64,000 nt of DNA from a virus, in the IMG/VR virus record IMGVR_UViG_3300025137_000014, positions 64,001-128,000 of that record. One strand, written 5' to 3'. The notes below the pieces were generated by a model. It was not told where the DNA came from. It did no database searches and saw nothing but the letters and a program-made list of their open reading frames with translations. How positions within the stretch are numbered: position 1 is the stretch's first letter; each line of letters opens with the position of its first letter. Shown in pieces: positions 45,661 through 55,412 of the stretch. The position numbers and the translations under genes are program-made.

Positions 45661-47973
45661 ATGAGCGAAATAAAAGTAATTAAAAGAGACGGCACTCCAG
45701 AGCCATTGGACCTGGAAAAAATGCACAAAGTTGTGATGTTTGCATGTAAAGACATTGCAAATGTCAGTGCAAGTGAAGTGGAACTAAAATCACATATTCA
45801 ATTTTACGATGGTATAAGAAGTGAAGAAGTACAAGAAACACTAATTAAAGCCGCCGCTGATTTAATTTCAGAAGAAACACCTAATTATCAATGGGTTGCT
45901 GGTAATCTAGTAAATTACCATTTGAGAAAAATGGTGTATGACAGTTTTGACCCATGGCATATTAGAGATATTATCAAACTTAATACTAAAAATGGTTTTT
46001 ATGATCCGGCATTACTTAAGGATTACTCAAAAAAAGAATGGGATGAAATTAATAGTTTTATCAAACATGATAGAGATTTTAATATTGCATATGTTGGTAT
46101 GGAACAATTTCGTGGAAAATATTTAGTACAAAATCGGGTAACTAATAAACATTTTGAAACACCACAAGTTGCATATGTTCTGATTGCCGCATCTTTATTT
46201 GGCAATTATCCAAAAGAAACAAGATTGAAATATGTCAAAGAATACTATGATGGAATTAGTAATTTTGACATATCTCTACCTACACCTGTTATGGCTGGCG
46301 TAAGAACCCCACAAAGACAGTTTTCATCCTGTGTTTTGATTGAGACAGACGACTCACTTGATTCTATAAATGCTACCTCAAGTTCAGTAGTCAAATATGT
46401 TTCTCAAAAAGCAGGCATCGGTATTGGTGCTGGTAGCATACGTGCTATCAATTCACCGATACGTAATGGTGATGCAAGTCATACAGGTGTTATTCCTTTT
46501 TATAAACTATTTCAGGCAAGTGTAAAATCATGTTCACAAGGTGGTGTGCGTGGTGGAGCCGCAACTTTATATTATCCAATTTGGCATTTAGAAGCAGAAG
46601 ACTTATTAGTTCTAAAAAACAATAAAGGCACGGAAGATAATCGTGTTAGACATATGGATTATGGCGTACAGTTTAATAAACTTATGTATGAGCGTCTTTT
46701 GTCAGGTGGTAACATTTCGTTATTTTCACCTTCTGATGTTCCGGGTTTATATGATGCATTCTTTAGTGACCAAGATAAATTTAAAGAATTATATGAACGA
46801 GCGGAACGTAATACAAGATTACGTAAGAAATCTATTCCAGCTATTGACTTATTCTCTATGTTTATGAACGAGAGAAAGAACACAGGTCGTATATATTTAA
46901 TGAATGTTGACCATGCAAATGACCACAGTGCATTTGTTACAAAAGATGCACCAATTAGACAGTCAAACTTATGTTGTGAAATTAACTTACCCACAAAACC
47001 TTTAAAACATATGCACGATGAGGAGGGCGAGATTGCTCTTTGTACTCTTAGTGCGATTAATTGGGGCAATATTAAAGCACCAGAAGACTTTGCAAAACCA
47101 TGTGAACTAGCAGTACGTGGACTAGATGCTCTATTAGATTATCAGAGATATCCTGTTTTAGCGGCTGAGATTTCAACTAATAATAGAAGACCTCTTGGTG
47201 TTGGTATTATTAACTTTGCTTATTGGTTAGCTAAGAATGATACATCTTATACTAATCCTAATTTAAAATTAGTTGATGAATGGGCAGAGGCTTGGTCATA
47301 TTATCTTATTAAATCATCAAATATCTTAGCACAAGAAAAAGGTGCATGTCCATTATCTAACGAGACAAAGTATGGTAACGGACTTTTACCAATAGATACA
47401 TATAAACCTGAGGTTGATGAATTAGTTAAAAGAAAATATACTCAAGATTGGGCTTCACTAAGAAAAGATTTAAAAGAACATGGTATTCGTAATTCAACTC
47501 TAATGGCACTTATGCCGGCTGAAACATCAGCACAAATATCGAATTCAACCAATGGTATTGAACCACCAAGAAGTTATGTAAGTATTAAACAATCAAAACA
47601 TGGTGTGTTAAAGCAAGTCGTACCTGGTATTCATAAGCTAAAGAACAAGTACGAACTACTATGGGACCAACAATCTCCTGAAGGATATTTGAAAATTATG
47701 GCAGTATTACAGAAGTATATCGACCAAGGTATATCAGTTAACACTTCATATAACCCTATATTCTTTGATGATGAAAAGATCCCAATGTCAGTAATGCTAC
47801 AACATCTTATTATGTTTTACAAATACGGTGGTAAGCAACTTTATTACTTTAATACATTTGACGGACAAGGTGAAATTGATGTAAGCAAAGATATTCCAGA
47901 TGATTTGAAAGAAAGGGATGAGTTTGACAGCGATTTAGAATATGAGGAATATTGTGATAGTTGTGCCATCTAA
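45661..47973 (+). CDS. nrdA: Class Ia ribonucleotide reductase alpha subunit
   Basis: N-terminal ATP cone, PTP, FSSC, SNLCCE, C-terminal CxxC. Confidence 0.97.
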   Translation: MSEIKVIKRDGTPEPLDLEKMHKVVMFACKDIANVSASEVELKSHIQFYDGIRSEEVQETLIKAAADLISEETPNYQWVAGNLVNYHLRKMVYDSFDPWHIRDIIKLNTKNGFYDPALLKDYSKKEWDEINSFIKHDRDFNIAYVGMEQFRGKYLVQNRVTNKHFETPQVAYVLIAASLFGNYPKETRLKYVKEYYDGISNFDISLPTPVMAGVRTPQRQFSSCVLIETDDSLDSINATSSSVVKYVSQKAGIGIGAGSIRAINSPIRNGDASHTGVIPFYKLFQASVKSCSQGGVRGGAATLYYPIWHLEAEDLLVLKNNKGTEDNRVRHMDYGVQFNKLMYERLLSGGNISLFSPSDVPGLYDAFFSDQDKFKELYERAERNTRLRKKSIPAIDLFSMFMNERKNTGRIYLMNVDHANDHSAFVTKDAPIRQSNLCCEINLPTKPLKHMHDEEGEIALCTLSAINWGNIKAPEDFAKPCELAVRGLDALLDYQRYPVLAAEISTNNRRPLGVGIINFAYWLAKNDTSYTNPNLKLVDEWAEAWSYYLIKSSNILAQEKGACPLSNETKYGNGLLPIDTYKPEVDELVKRKYTQDWASLRKDLKEHGIRNSTLMALMPAETSAQISNSTNGIEPPRSYVSIKQSKHGVLKQVVPGIHKLKNKYELLWDQQSPEGYLKIMAVLQKYIDQGISVNTSYNPIFFDDEKIPMSVMLQHLIMFYKYGGKQLYYFNTFDGQGEIDVSKDIPDDLKERDEFDSDLEYEEYCDSCAI

Positions 47974-48028
47974 ACAAAAGAAAAAAGATAAATATCAGAT
48001 TAAAAGCAAAGAAAGTAGAGAGATATAA

Positions 48029-49159
48029 ATGTCAGTATTCAATTCAGAAAACAAACAAGACCATACAAAAGCATTAGCTTTTTTAGACCCATCAGGCGGA
48101 GTAGCAATTCAACGTTTTGATATGTTAAAATATAAACAGTTTGACAAACTTACTGACAAACAATTAGGGTTCTTTTGGCGTCCAGAAGAAGTAGATGTGA
48201 CTAAAGATAGCAATGACTTTAAAAACTTAACAGAACATGAACGTCATATCTTTACGTCAAATTTAAAGAGACAGATTCTTTTAGATTCTGTACAAGGTCG
48301 TGCACCAGTAGAAGCATTTGGACCATTAGTGTCTATTCCAGAATTAGAAGCATGGATACAAACTTGGACATTTAGTGAAACAATTCATTCACGTTCATAT
48401 ACACATATCATTCGTAATGTCTATTCAGACCCATCAAAAGTATTTGATGAAATGATGGATATTAATGAAATCATGGATTGTGCAGATGATATTTCTAAAA
48501 ATTATGATGAACTAATTGAAATGACAGGTTTTTATAACTTGTTAGGTGAAGGCAAGCATACAGTCAATAGCAAGAAAATAGATATTAGTAAGTATGAAAT
48601 TAAAAAATCTCTATATAAAACACTTATGAGTGTTAACATTTTAGAAGGTGTTCGTTTCTATGTGTCATTTGCATGTAGTTGGGCATTCGCTGAATTAAAG
48701 AAAATGGAAGGCAATGCTAAAATCATTAAGCTGATTGCACGTGATGAAAATTTACACTTAGCAAGTACACAAACACTTCTAAAACTTCTACCAAAAGATG
48801 ACCCAGATTTTATTAAAATTGCAAAAGAAACAGAAAAAGAATGTATTCAAATGTTTGTTGATGCAGTAGAACAAGAAAAAGAATGGGCAGAATATCTTTT
48901 CAAAGACGGTTCAATGATTGGTCTAAACGCAAAATTGTTAGATGATTACATTGAGTGGATTTGTTGTAAACGTATGACCGCAGTTGGATTAAAATGTCCA
49001 TACAAAACGTCACAAGCTAACCCGTTACCTTGGACACAAAAGTGGATTGCAGGTGCAGACGTACAAGTTGCACCACAAGAAACAGAAATTTCATCTTATG
49101 TTATTGGCGGCGTTAAGCAAGACGTTGACAAAGAAACATTTGGTGGCATGTCGCTCTAG
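48029..49159 (+). CDS. nrdB: Class Ia ribonucleotide reductase beta subunit
   Basis: FWRPEE, DSVQGR, ETIHSRSY, EGVRFY, DENLH, VAPQETE. Confidence 0.97.
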   Translation: MSVFNSENKQDHTKALAFLDPSGGVAIQRFDMLKYKQFDKLTDKQLGFFWRPEEVDVTKDSNDFKNLTEHERHIFTSNLKRQILLDSVQGRAPVEAFGPLVSIPELEAWIQTWTFSETIHSRSYTHIIRNVYSDPSKVFDEMMDINEIMDCADDISKNYDELIEMTGFYNLLGEGKHTVNSKKIDISKYEIKKSLYKTLMSVNILEGVRFYVSFACSWAFAELKKMEGNAKIIKLIARDENLHLASTQTLLKLLPKDDPDFIKIAKETEKECIQMFVDAVEQEKEWAEYLFKDGSMIGLNAKLLDDYIEWICCKRMTAVGLKCPYKTSQANPLPWTQKWIAGADVQVAPQETEISSYVIGGVKQDVDKETFGGMSL

Positions 49160-49413
49160 TGATTGATACAAATTCAATAGGTGATATTGTATATGATGTC
49201 GAAGACCATGTAGCAATAACACCGAATACTAATGCTGATTATTGCTTAGTACCAAAGGTTGTAGAACAAAACGTTATCTTAAAACTACAAAAGATAATGA
49301 TGGATATTGGCAACCATAATGTTGAAAAAGATAACTGTCAAAGTTATGAAGTGACAATGAGATTTATAAACAATCATCCTGTAGTGGAAATGTTTCTTAA
49401 CAAAGAGGACTAA
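49159..49413 (+). CDS. Hypothetical protein
   Basis: GTG start overlapping nrdB stop. Confidence 0.55.
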   Translation: MIDTNSIGDIVYDVEDHVAITPNTNADYCLVPKVVEQNVILKLQKIMMDIGNHNVEKDNCQSYEVTMRFINNHPVVEMFLNKED

Positions 49414-50070
49414 ATGACTGAATTTACGGAAGAATGGATTAGACTTAATAATTTTAAATTTGCTATGACTAATGAAGTAGCAAGATTACCAGAAACTGAA
49501 CTAGATAGAAAGCTAATAGACAGACAATTACCACCATTTATACAGAATTCTTATCCAGATAAGAAAGATATCAATATACTTGATATTGGTTGTAACGAAG
49601 GTTATGCTATGGAAAAATTTTCCGAGTTGGGGTATACCAACGTTCAGGGAATTACTATTGAAAAAGAAGAATGGGATAAGTGTAAAGCAAAAGACTTAAC
49701 AGTACATCTTATGGATTATAACTTTAATCAGGTTATGAACAACTATTTTCATATGGTATGGATGCGACAATCATTGCAGTTTTCTCATATGCCTTTTTAT
49801 ACTATGTTAGAACTCAATAGAATTATGAAAATCAATGGTTGGGCTTATATAGAGGTACCTCATTCAGCAAATCAACACAAATATTATGCTACATTGCACC
49901 CAGATAACTATAGATTGTTTATGATTCGTGCAGGATTTGAAGTCGTACAATATGATTCGTATGAACTATCTGCTGGTGATGAGAAAGAAAATCATGTATT
50001 CTTTGCATTGAATAAAAGAAGAAATGTAACATTACCTGATGCTACTTCTGAGACAACCTCAGACAAATAA
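49414..50070 (+). CDS. Class I SAM-dependent methyltransferase
   Basis: ILDIGCNEG motif I. Confidence 0.8.
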   Translation: MTEFTEEWIRLNNFKFAMTNEVARLPETELDRKLIDRQLPPFIQNSYPDKKDINILDIGCNEGYAMEKFSELGYTNVQGITIEKEEWDKCKAKDLTVHLMDYNFNQVMNNYFHMVWMRQSLQFSHMPFYTMLELNRIMKINGWAYIEVPHSANQHKYYATLHPDNYRLFMIRAGFEVVQYDSYELSAGDEKENHVFFALNKRRNVTLPDATSETTSDK

Positions 50071-50215
50071 GTACAAATCCCCACACAGAGCCTACAACAA
50101 TAACGCCTAGAATCATTCCTATTATCACAGAATATTGGTCTAAATTGTTTACAATATTTTCCATACGTTTATTTATGTTTAAATAGTCCAGTATTTCTGC
50201 GGCTTTTTCACGCAT
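50042..50215 (-). CDS. Possible small membrane protein (start MREKA)
   Basis: SD AAGGA; hydrophobic C-terminal helix; fills intergenic gap. Confidence 0.35.
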   Translation of the reverse strand: MREKAAEILDYLNINKRMENIVNNLDQYSVIIGMILGVIVVGSVWGFVLICLRLSQK

Positions 50216-50224
50216 ATTTTTTCC

Positions 50225-50253
50225 TTGACATAACATGCAACTTATGATATTCT
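50225..50253 (+). promoter_or_regulatory. Sigma70-type promoter
   Basis: TTGACA-N17-TATTCT. Confidence 0.6.
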
Positions 50254-50278
50254 TATCCATAAGAAAAGGAGGTACTTT

Positions 50279-50581
50279 ATGTTTAATTGGTTAAACCGTA
50301 AAGATACATTAACACCTAAAGGAGAAATGATGAAAACATCAAAACAAGAAAAAATAATCAATGCTTTAAAAGATGGAGAAGCGTTGACAGAAGCTACTAT
50401 CAAAAATAGGTACGGAGTTGCAAATCCAAGAGCAACTATCAGTGCTTTGAGAATGAAAGGTTACGCCGTATATGCTAATAAAAGCAAACATGGTAAAACT
50501 GTATACAGATTAGGAGCTCCCCTAAGAAGGGTTGTAGCCGCTGGTTACAGAGCCTTAGCAGACGAAAAAGTGTTTGGGTAA
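50279..50581 (+). CDS. Winged-helix DNA-binding protein
   Basis: KIINAL..G..LT...I...YGV.NPRATIS.LR..GY pattern. Confidence 0.6.
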   Translation: MFNWLNRKDTLTPKGEMMKTSKQEKIINALKDGEALTEATIKNRYGVANPRATISALRMKGYAVYANKSKHGKTVYRLGAPLRRVVAAGYRALADEKVFG

Positions 50582-50592
50582 AACATAATATA

Positions 50593-50745
50593 ATGCCCTG
50601 GCCTGATGAAGAAGCACCCGATTGGCCCGATTGTCACATTTGTGGACAATCACTTGACGAGTGCGATTGCATCTGGCCTGGGCAAAACAACCAACCAAAG
50701 ATGATTTATGACGAGAAAAATCAAAGTGAAATTCACAGACAATAA
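50593..50745 (+). CDS. 50-aa Cys-containing peptide, not in ORF track
   Basis: MPWPDEEAPDWPDCHICGQSLDECDCIWPGQ...; no clear SD. Confidence 0.35.
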   Translation: MPWPDEEAPDWPDCHICGQSLDECDCIWPGQNNQPKMIYDEKNQSEIHRQ

Positions 50746-50899
50746 AGAGTTTACAGAAGAAAAAGAAGGTTTAGGACTTAAAAAACTATTCAAATCTATC
50801 AATCCGCCCAAGGGAACTAAAGAAATTCGACTAGAATATACTAATAGAAAAGGTACAAAAATTGATAGATGGGCAAAAATGCCGAAAAAGAAAGACTAA
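50708..50899 (+). CDS. Hypothetical basic protein
   Basis: 63-aa ORF. Confidence 0.55.
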   Translation: MTRKIKVKFTDNKEFTEEKEGLGLKKLFKSINPPKGTKEIRLEYTNRKGTKIDRWAKMPKKKD

Positions 50900-50908
50900 A
50901 AGTGTCGA

Positions 50909-50952
50909 AAAACTTGACAATATAGCGATTCGTGTTATTATATATACATAAT
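50909..50952 (+). promoter_or_regulatory. Early promoter cassette, copy 1
   Basis: TTGACA-N16-TATTAT; 41/44 identical to 52419-52462. Confidence 0.8.
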
Positions 50953-50974
50953 CAAAAGAGAGGGACTAAATATT

Positions 50975-51397
50975 ATGGCCTATATATCAACTAACGAAGT
51001 TAAAGAAGTAAGAAAATCATTAAAAGAAAAGTTCGGTAAGAACATCAAATTTTCAGTAACACGTGACCATTACAGTGGCATTAGAGTTTCAATTATGGAA
51101 GGTGTTATGGACTTCTATAATGATGGTGACATGGATCATACTGACAAATATAACGGTAAAGTTCATAAGTTCGACGGTTATACTCAAGTAAATCATTATC
51201 ACACACATTTTTATGGTAAGTTTGCATCGTTGTTTGACGATATCAAAAGCATATGTCATACTGCTCCTGCTAATGCTGAAGGCGGTAGAGAATATTACGA
51301 TAACTCAGATGCCATGATTGACTACTTTGATACTGCATTTTATGTAAGCATCAATGTTGGTAAGTGGGATAAACCTTACATTCAAAAAGCGGCATAA
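50975..51397 (+). CDS. Hypothetical protein resembling LPD29 polyvalent-protein domain
   Basis: VRK.LK..F...KFSV....YS.I.V pattern, MIDYFD..FY. Confidence 0.5.
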   Translation: MAYISTNEVKEVRKSLKEKFGKNIKFSVTRDHYSGIRVSIMEGVMDFYNDGDMDHTDKYNGKVHKFDGYTQVNHYHTHFYGKFASLFDDIKSICHTAPANAEGGREYYDNSDAMIDYFDTAFYVSINVGKWDKPYIQKAA

Positions 51398-51402
51398 TCC
51401 TA

Positions 51403-51543
51403 ATGTACGTAGTAAAGATAAAAGAGACTGGCGAAATTGTAGCATATTGTTCTGACTGGAATGATGCTCGTTCATATCTTGCTAGTAGTATAATCGATAA
51501 AGTAACATACATCATTGAAGAAGAAGTGGAAAATAAGAAATGA
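51403..51543 (+). CDS. 46-aa hypothetical protein, not in ORF track
   Basis: Fills gap; stop overlaps next ATG. Confidence 0.5.
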   Translation: MYVVKIKETGEIVAYCSDWNDARSYLASSIIDKVTYIIEEEVENKK

Positions 51544-51791
51544 AAAACCAAACCTTGGAAGAAGCTGTTTCTAAAAATGTCCCTGTATATTTGGTATATA
51601 AGGAAGACACTAAAGAAATTTTAGAATGGTGGCCCTTTGGTGAAGCACTAGCACAGTCCAGTGCAAAAATGCGTAATAATATGCATGGACCTGATAGTCA
51701 TAATCATGCCAGTTGGAAAAAGTACGTAGTGATACGTGACCAACACAACCGGCATCTTAAAAACTTGGAAGAAATAGAACGGAGGTTGTAA
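51540..51791 (+). CDS. Hypothetical protein
   Basis: Coupled ORF. Confidence 0.6.
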   Translation: MKNQTLEEAVSKNVPVYLVYKEDTKEILEWWPFGEALAQSSAKMRNNMHGPDSHNHASWKKYVVIRDQHNRHLKNLEEIERRL

Positions 51792-52435
51792 TGCCTGCAT
51801 GTAAAGGAGATACGTATTCGGTTCCACGCCCAGTTTGTCTAACAGAGGGTTGTGATAATTTAGCACATAATACTGCATCAGCGGCTAAGCCAGTTTGGCG
51901 CAAATACTGTGGTAAGTGTCATACGATACGTAGAAAGAATTTTCAAAATTTATCATCTAATTTAACTAAAAATCAATACCCTACTTGTTGTATAAACAAC
52001 TGTAGGAAAAAAGTAACACTATTGGGAACAGACCATGATGGCAATTTAAAGTTTTCTCAATACTGCGAAAGGCATGGAGGAGTCCCATATCATTTACAGT
52101 GGAGAAAACCTGCATGTGATAATATAAATGGTAAAGGATTGCTATCAGATAGAAGTCCTATTGGATTTGGTTGTACAACTTATATACATTATGATCCGCC
52201 CCTTCCTAAGGGAACAAAGTGGTTAGTAGATTATGGCTTCCCACAACCAATGTTACAAGTTGACCATATTGACGGTTGTCCATATAATGAACCAACGGAT
52301 GGGTCTAATTTTCAGACTTTATGTTCTTCTTGCCATGATTACAAATCTTGGAAATCTGGTGATGGGCAAACACCAGGACGAAAAACCCTAAGAAAACAAG
52401 AGGAAATTAATGTTGTCCAAAACTTGACAATATAG
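51791..52435 (+). CDS. Cys-rich protein with C-terminal HNH nuclease motif
   Basis: QVDHIDG...N...SNFQTLCSSCH. Confidence 0.7.
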   Translation: MPACKGDTYSVPRPVCLTEGCDNLAHNTASAAKPVWRKYCGKCHTIRRKNFQNLSSNLTKNQYPTCCINNCRKKVTLLGTDHDGNLKFSQYCERHGGVPYHLQWRKPACDNINGKGLLSDRSPIGFGCTTYIHYDPPLPKGTKWLVDYGFPQPMLQVDHIDGCPYNEPTDGSNFQTLCSSCHDYKSWKSGDGQTPGRKTLRKQEEINVVQNLTI

Positions 52436-52462
52436 CGAATCGTGTTATAGTATATACATAAT
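52419..52462 (+). promoter_or_regulatory. Early promoter cassette, copy 2
   Basis: TTGACA-N16-TATAGT; repeat of 50909-50952. Confidence 0.8.
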
Positions 52463-52490
52463 GAAGATTAACACACAAAGGAGTGAAAAT

Positions 52491-53498
52491 ATGAGTGAGA
52501 CCATAGTAGCACAAATCGAAAAAGGCACATACAGAAATCAGCCCGTTGAAGGTGCGTTTCCTGTAGTACAAGAACTTAAACAAGCTAAAGACGGTAGTTG
52601 GTTTATTACTGTTAATGCTGAGGACACTAAGTTTAAAAGTTCTAAAATTAGAGTTAAGGTAGACCCAGAAAACGTTCAAGTTTCTGAAGGTACTGTCGAA
52701 TCAATTAACGAGTCTGATGAAGACGCAATGAATAGGATTGCAGAAAGGTTTGCAATTCTTGATGAAATGACCGAGGCAACAATCGATGGTGTTGTTAGAG
52801 GTATGGTAGTTTCAGGCCCTCCGGGTGTTGGTAAAACATTTGGTGTTGAGCAAGTACTTGAAAAAGATTCAATCTTTGATATGATGGCTGATAAGCCGTT
52901 AAGACATACTTTTGTAAAAGGTACAATGTCTGCAATTGGTCTTTACTCTACACTTTACAAATACTCAGATCCAAAGAGTATCGTAGTACTAGACGATTGT
53001 GATAGTATTCTTTTTAATGAGGATGCATTAAACATTCTTAAGGCCGCTCTTGATAGTGGTAAGAGGAGAAAGATTTCTTGGAACTCTGACTCACATTTCT
53101 TAAGAAGGGAAGGTGTTCCTGATACTTTTGAATTCAAAGGTTCAGTTATTTTTATTACTAACTTGAAATTTGATAAAGTTAGAGGTAACAAAATCAAAGA
53201 CCACTTGGAAGCAATTCTTTCAAGGTGTCACTATCTTGATTTGACTATGGATACTGCAAGAGATAAAATCTTGAGAATTAAACAGATTGCTAGGGATGGT
53301 GGTTTGTTTGATACTAAAGGTTTGAGCAAGGAGCAAGAAGTTGAAATTATTGACTTCATGGTTGATAATCAAAAGAAACTGAGAGAAGTTTCATTGAGAA
53401 TGGCTCAGAAAATTGCAGACCTTAGAAATATGTCTAAAGTTGGAGATAGATGGAAAGCATTAGCCGAGACTACTTGTATGAAGAGGTCAGCGGCTTAA
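52491..53498 (+). CDS. AAA+ ATPase
   Basis: GPPGVGKT Walker A, VVLDDCD Walker B; SD GGAG supports start 52491. Confidence 0.85.
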   Translation: MSETIVAQIEKGTYRNQPVEGAFPVVQELKQAKDGSWFITVNAEDTKFKSSKIRVKVDPENVQVSEGTVESINESDEDAMNRIAERFAILDEMTEATIDGVVRGMVVSGPPGVGKTFGVEQVLEKDSIFDMMADKPLRHTFVKGTMSAIGLYSTLYKYSDPKSIVVLDDCDSILFNEDALNILKAALDSGKRRKISWNSDSHFLRREGVPDTFEFKGSVIFITNLKFDKVRGNKIKDHLEAILSRCHYLDLTMDTARDKILRIKQIARDGGLFDTKGLSKEQEVEIIDFMVDNQKKLREVSLRMAQKIADLRNMSKVGDRWKALAETTCMKRSAA

Positions 53499-53531
53499 CA
53501 GTTAACTAAGAGCCATCTTAGTTAAAACCGG

Positions 53532-53575
53532 GACGGTACTAGGTTTCTCTCACTCGCCTAGTATCGTCTTTTTTT
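53532..53575 (+). terminator. Intrinsic terminator with 13-nt C/U loop
   Basis: GACGGTACTAGG-TTTCTCTCACTCG-CCTAGTATCGTC then T-run. Confidence 0.8.
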
Positions 53576-53585
53576 ATATCTTCTA

Positions 53586-53614
53586 TTGCATTTACTTTCA
53601 AAACATGTTATAAT
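53586..53614 (+). promoter_or_regulatory. Sigma70-type promoter
   Basis: TTGCAT-N17-TATAAT with TG. Confidence 0.7.
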
Positions 53615-53621
53615 CTAAAGC

Positions 53622-53963
53622 ATGAGTATAGAAGAAACAAAACAAAAGATAATAGAAAACCTTAAAGGTGTACATGACCCTGAAATGGATTGTGATGTAT
53701 ACAACTTGGGTTTAATATATGAGGTAAATGTAGGCGAAATGCCTGATACTAAAAAGTACTGTCATATTTTAATGTCTTTAACTAGTGCTTTTTGTCCAGC
53801 CGCAGATATGATAGTTAACGATGTAAAAGGTGCGGCATTGACAGTTGAAGATGTAGTAGATTGTCAAGTAGAAATCACATTTAACCCTGCTTGGACACCA
53901 GACCGATTAACAGAAGATGGACATGCATACTTAAATTATATGTATATAGATTATCAGGAATAG
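53622..53963 (+). CDS. Fe-S cluster assembly protein, SufT/MIP18 (DUF59) family
   Basis: V.DPE...DVYNLGLIYEV, LTSAFCPAA, VEITFNPAWT. Confidence 0.85.
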   Translation: MSIEETKQKIIENLKGVHDPEMDCDVYNLGLIYEVNVGEMPDTKKYCHILMSLTSAFCPAADMIVNDVKGAALTVEDVVDCQVEITFNPAWTPDRLTEDGHAYLNYMYIDYQE

Positions 53964-53966
53964 TAA

Positions 53967-55412
53967 ATGAAAGAATGTATCATTAAAATTAAAGATGAAG
54001 TAAACATTAAGTTGGAAGGTTTGGATCCTGGTACACGTAGAAAGTGTGCAAATAAACTCAAATTCTTCTTACCACATGCTTATCATATGCCAGCTTATAA
54101 ACTTGGTCGTTGGGATGGCACAGTTAGATTTTGTGATGTTGGAGGTCGTACCTTTTTAAATTTACTTGATGATATCTTACCTGTCATTGTAGAAGAAGGG
54201 TATAACGTAAAGATTGATGATGATAGGAATACGCATAATTTAGAATTTACACAAGTTCAGGAAGATTTTTGGGGTGATGCAGTATGGCCAGCTGGACACG
54301 TACATGAGGGCCAAAAGATACGTTTAAGAGACTATCAGGTAGATATAGTCAATAAGTTCATAGAACACCCTCAATGCTTACAAGAGGTCGCCACAGGCGC
54401 AGGAAAGACGATAATAACTGCTACTTTATCTAGCTTAGTAGAACAATATGGTAGAAGTATTGTTATTGTTCCAAATAAGGATTTAGTTAGGCAGACATTT
54501 GAAGATTATGAAAACTGTGGATTAGATGTAGGTGTGTACTTTGGTGATAAAAAAGATATCGGAAAAACACACACAGTTTGTACTTGGCAAAGTTTAAATT
54601 CATTATTAAAAAGAAGTAAAGCCGGAGAGGCTAATATACAAGATTTTATTGAAGATGTAATCTGTGTTATGGTTGATGAAGTTCATCAGGCAAAAGCAGA
54701 TGTATTGAAAGAGTTACTTACTGGTGTTTTTGCTAATATCCCAATTCGTTGGGGACTAACAGGAACGATACCAAAAAGTGATTGGGAATCAGCTTCATTA
54801 AAAAGTTCTTTAGGAGAAGTTATTCATAAACTTGCGGCTAAAGAATTACAAGACCAAGGAGTACTCGCTAAATGTCATGTCAATATTGTACAAACGGCAG
54901 AAACGGCTGAGTATGGAGATTATCAGAGTGAACTAAAATTTTTATTAGAAGATAAAAAACGTATGCAGTATGTTGCAAATATGATTAGTGATATTTCTAA
55001 ATCAGGCAATACATTGGTTTTAACTGGTAGAATTAGTAACGGTAATATGTTACAAGAACTATTAGATGGTTCTGAATTCGTCCAAGGGTCAATGAAAGTA
55101 GTTGACAGAAAAGATGCATATGACGAAATTAATCAAGCAACAAATTCAATAACTATTGCGACTTACGGTGTCGCCGCAGTGGGAATTAACATTCCAAGAA
55201 TATTTAATCTGGTATTGCTTGAACCAGGAAAGAGTTTTGTACGTGTAATACAATCGATAGGAAGAGGTGTACGTATTGCAAGAGACAAGGACTTTGTTAA
55301 TGTTTGGGATGTGACTAGCAGATGTAAATTTAGTAGACGCCATTTAACAGAACGTAAAAAGTATTATAAGGATGCTCAATATCCTTTTACAATAGATAAG
55401 GTAAATTACTAA
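53967..55412 (+). CDS. uvsW: SF2 DNA helicase
   Basis: LRDYQ, ATGAGKT, VDEVHQ, GLTGT, QSIGRGVR. Confidence 0.9.
   Translation: MKECIIKIKDEVNIKLEGLDPGTRRKCANKLKFFLPHAYHMPAYKLGRWDGTVRFCDVGGRTFLNLLDDILPVIVEEGYNVKIDDDRNTHNLEFTQVQEDFWGDAVWPAGHVHEGQKIRLRDYQVDIVNKFIEHPQCLQEVATGAGKTIITATLSSLVEQYGRSIVIVPNKDLVRQTFEDYENCGLDVGVYFGDKKDIGKTHTVCTWQSLNSLLKRSKAGEANIQDFIEDVICVMVDEVHQAKADVLKELLTGVFANIPIRWGLTGTIPKSDWESASLKSSLGEVIHKLAAKELQDQGVLAKCHVNIVQTAETAEYGDYQSELKFLLEDKKRMQYVANMISDISKSGNTLVLTGRISNGNMLQELLDGSEFVQGSMKVVDRKDAYDEINQATNSITIATYGVAAVGINIPRIFNLVLLEPGKSFVRVIQSIGRGVRIARDKDFVNVWDVTSRCKFSRRHLTERKKYYKDAQYPFTIDKVNY

Noticed and set aside
47987-47994. Late control of nrdB as a separate finding
   Set aside because: Single motif in an A-rich spacer may be chance; nrdB is adequately explained as co-transcribed with nrdA
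39062-49159. Inteins or introns in terL, uvsX, nrdA, nrdB
   Set aside because: ORFs are continuous and of ordinary length, with no splice motifs seen
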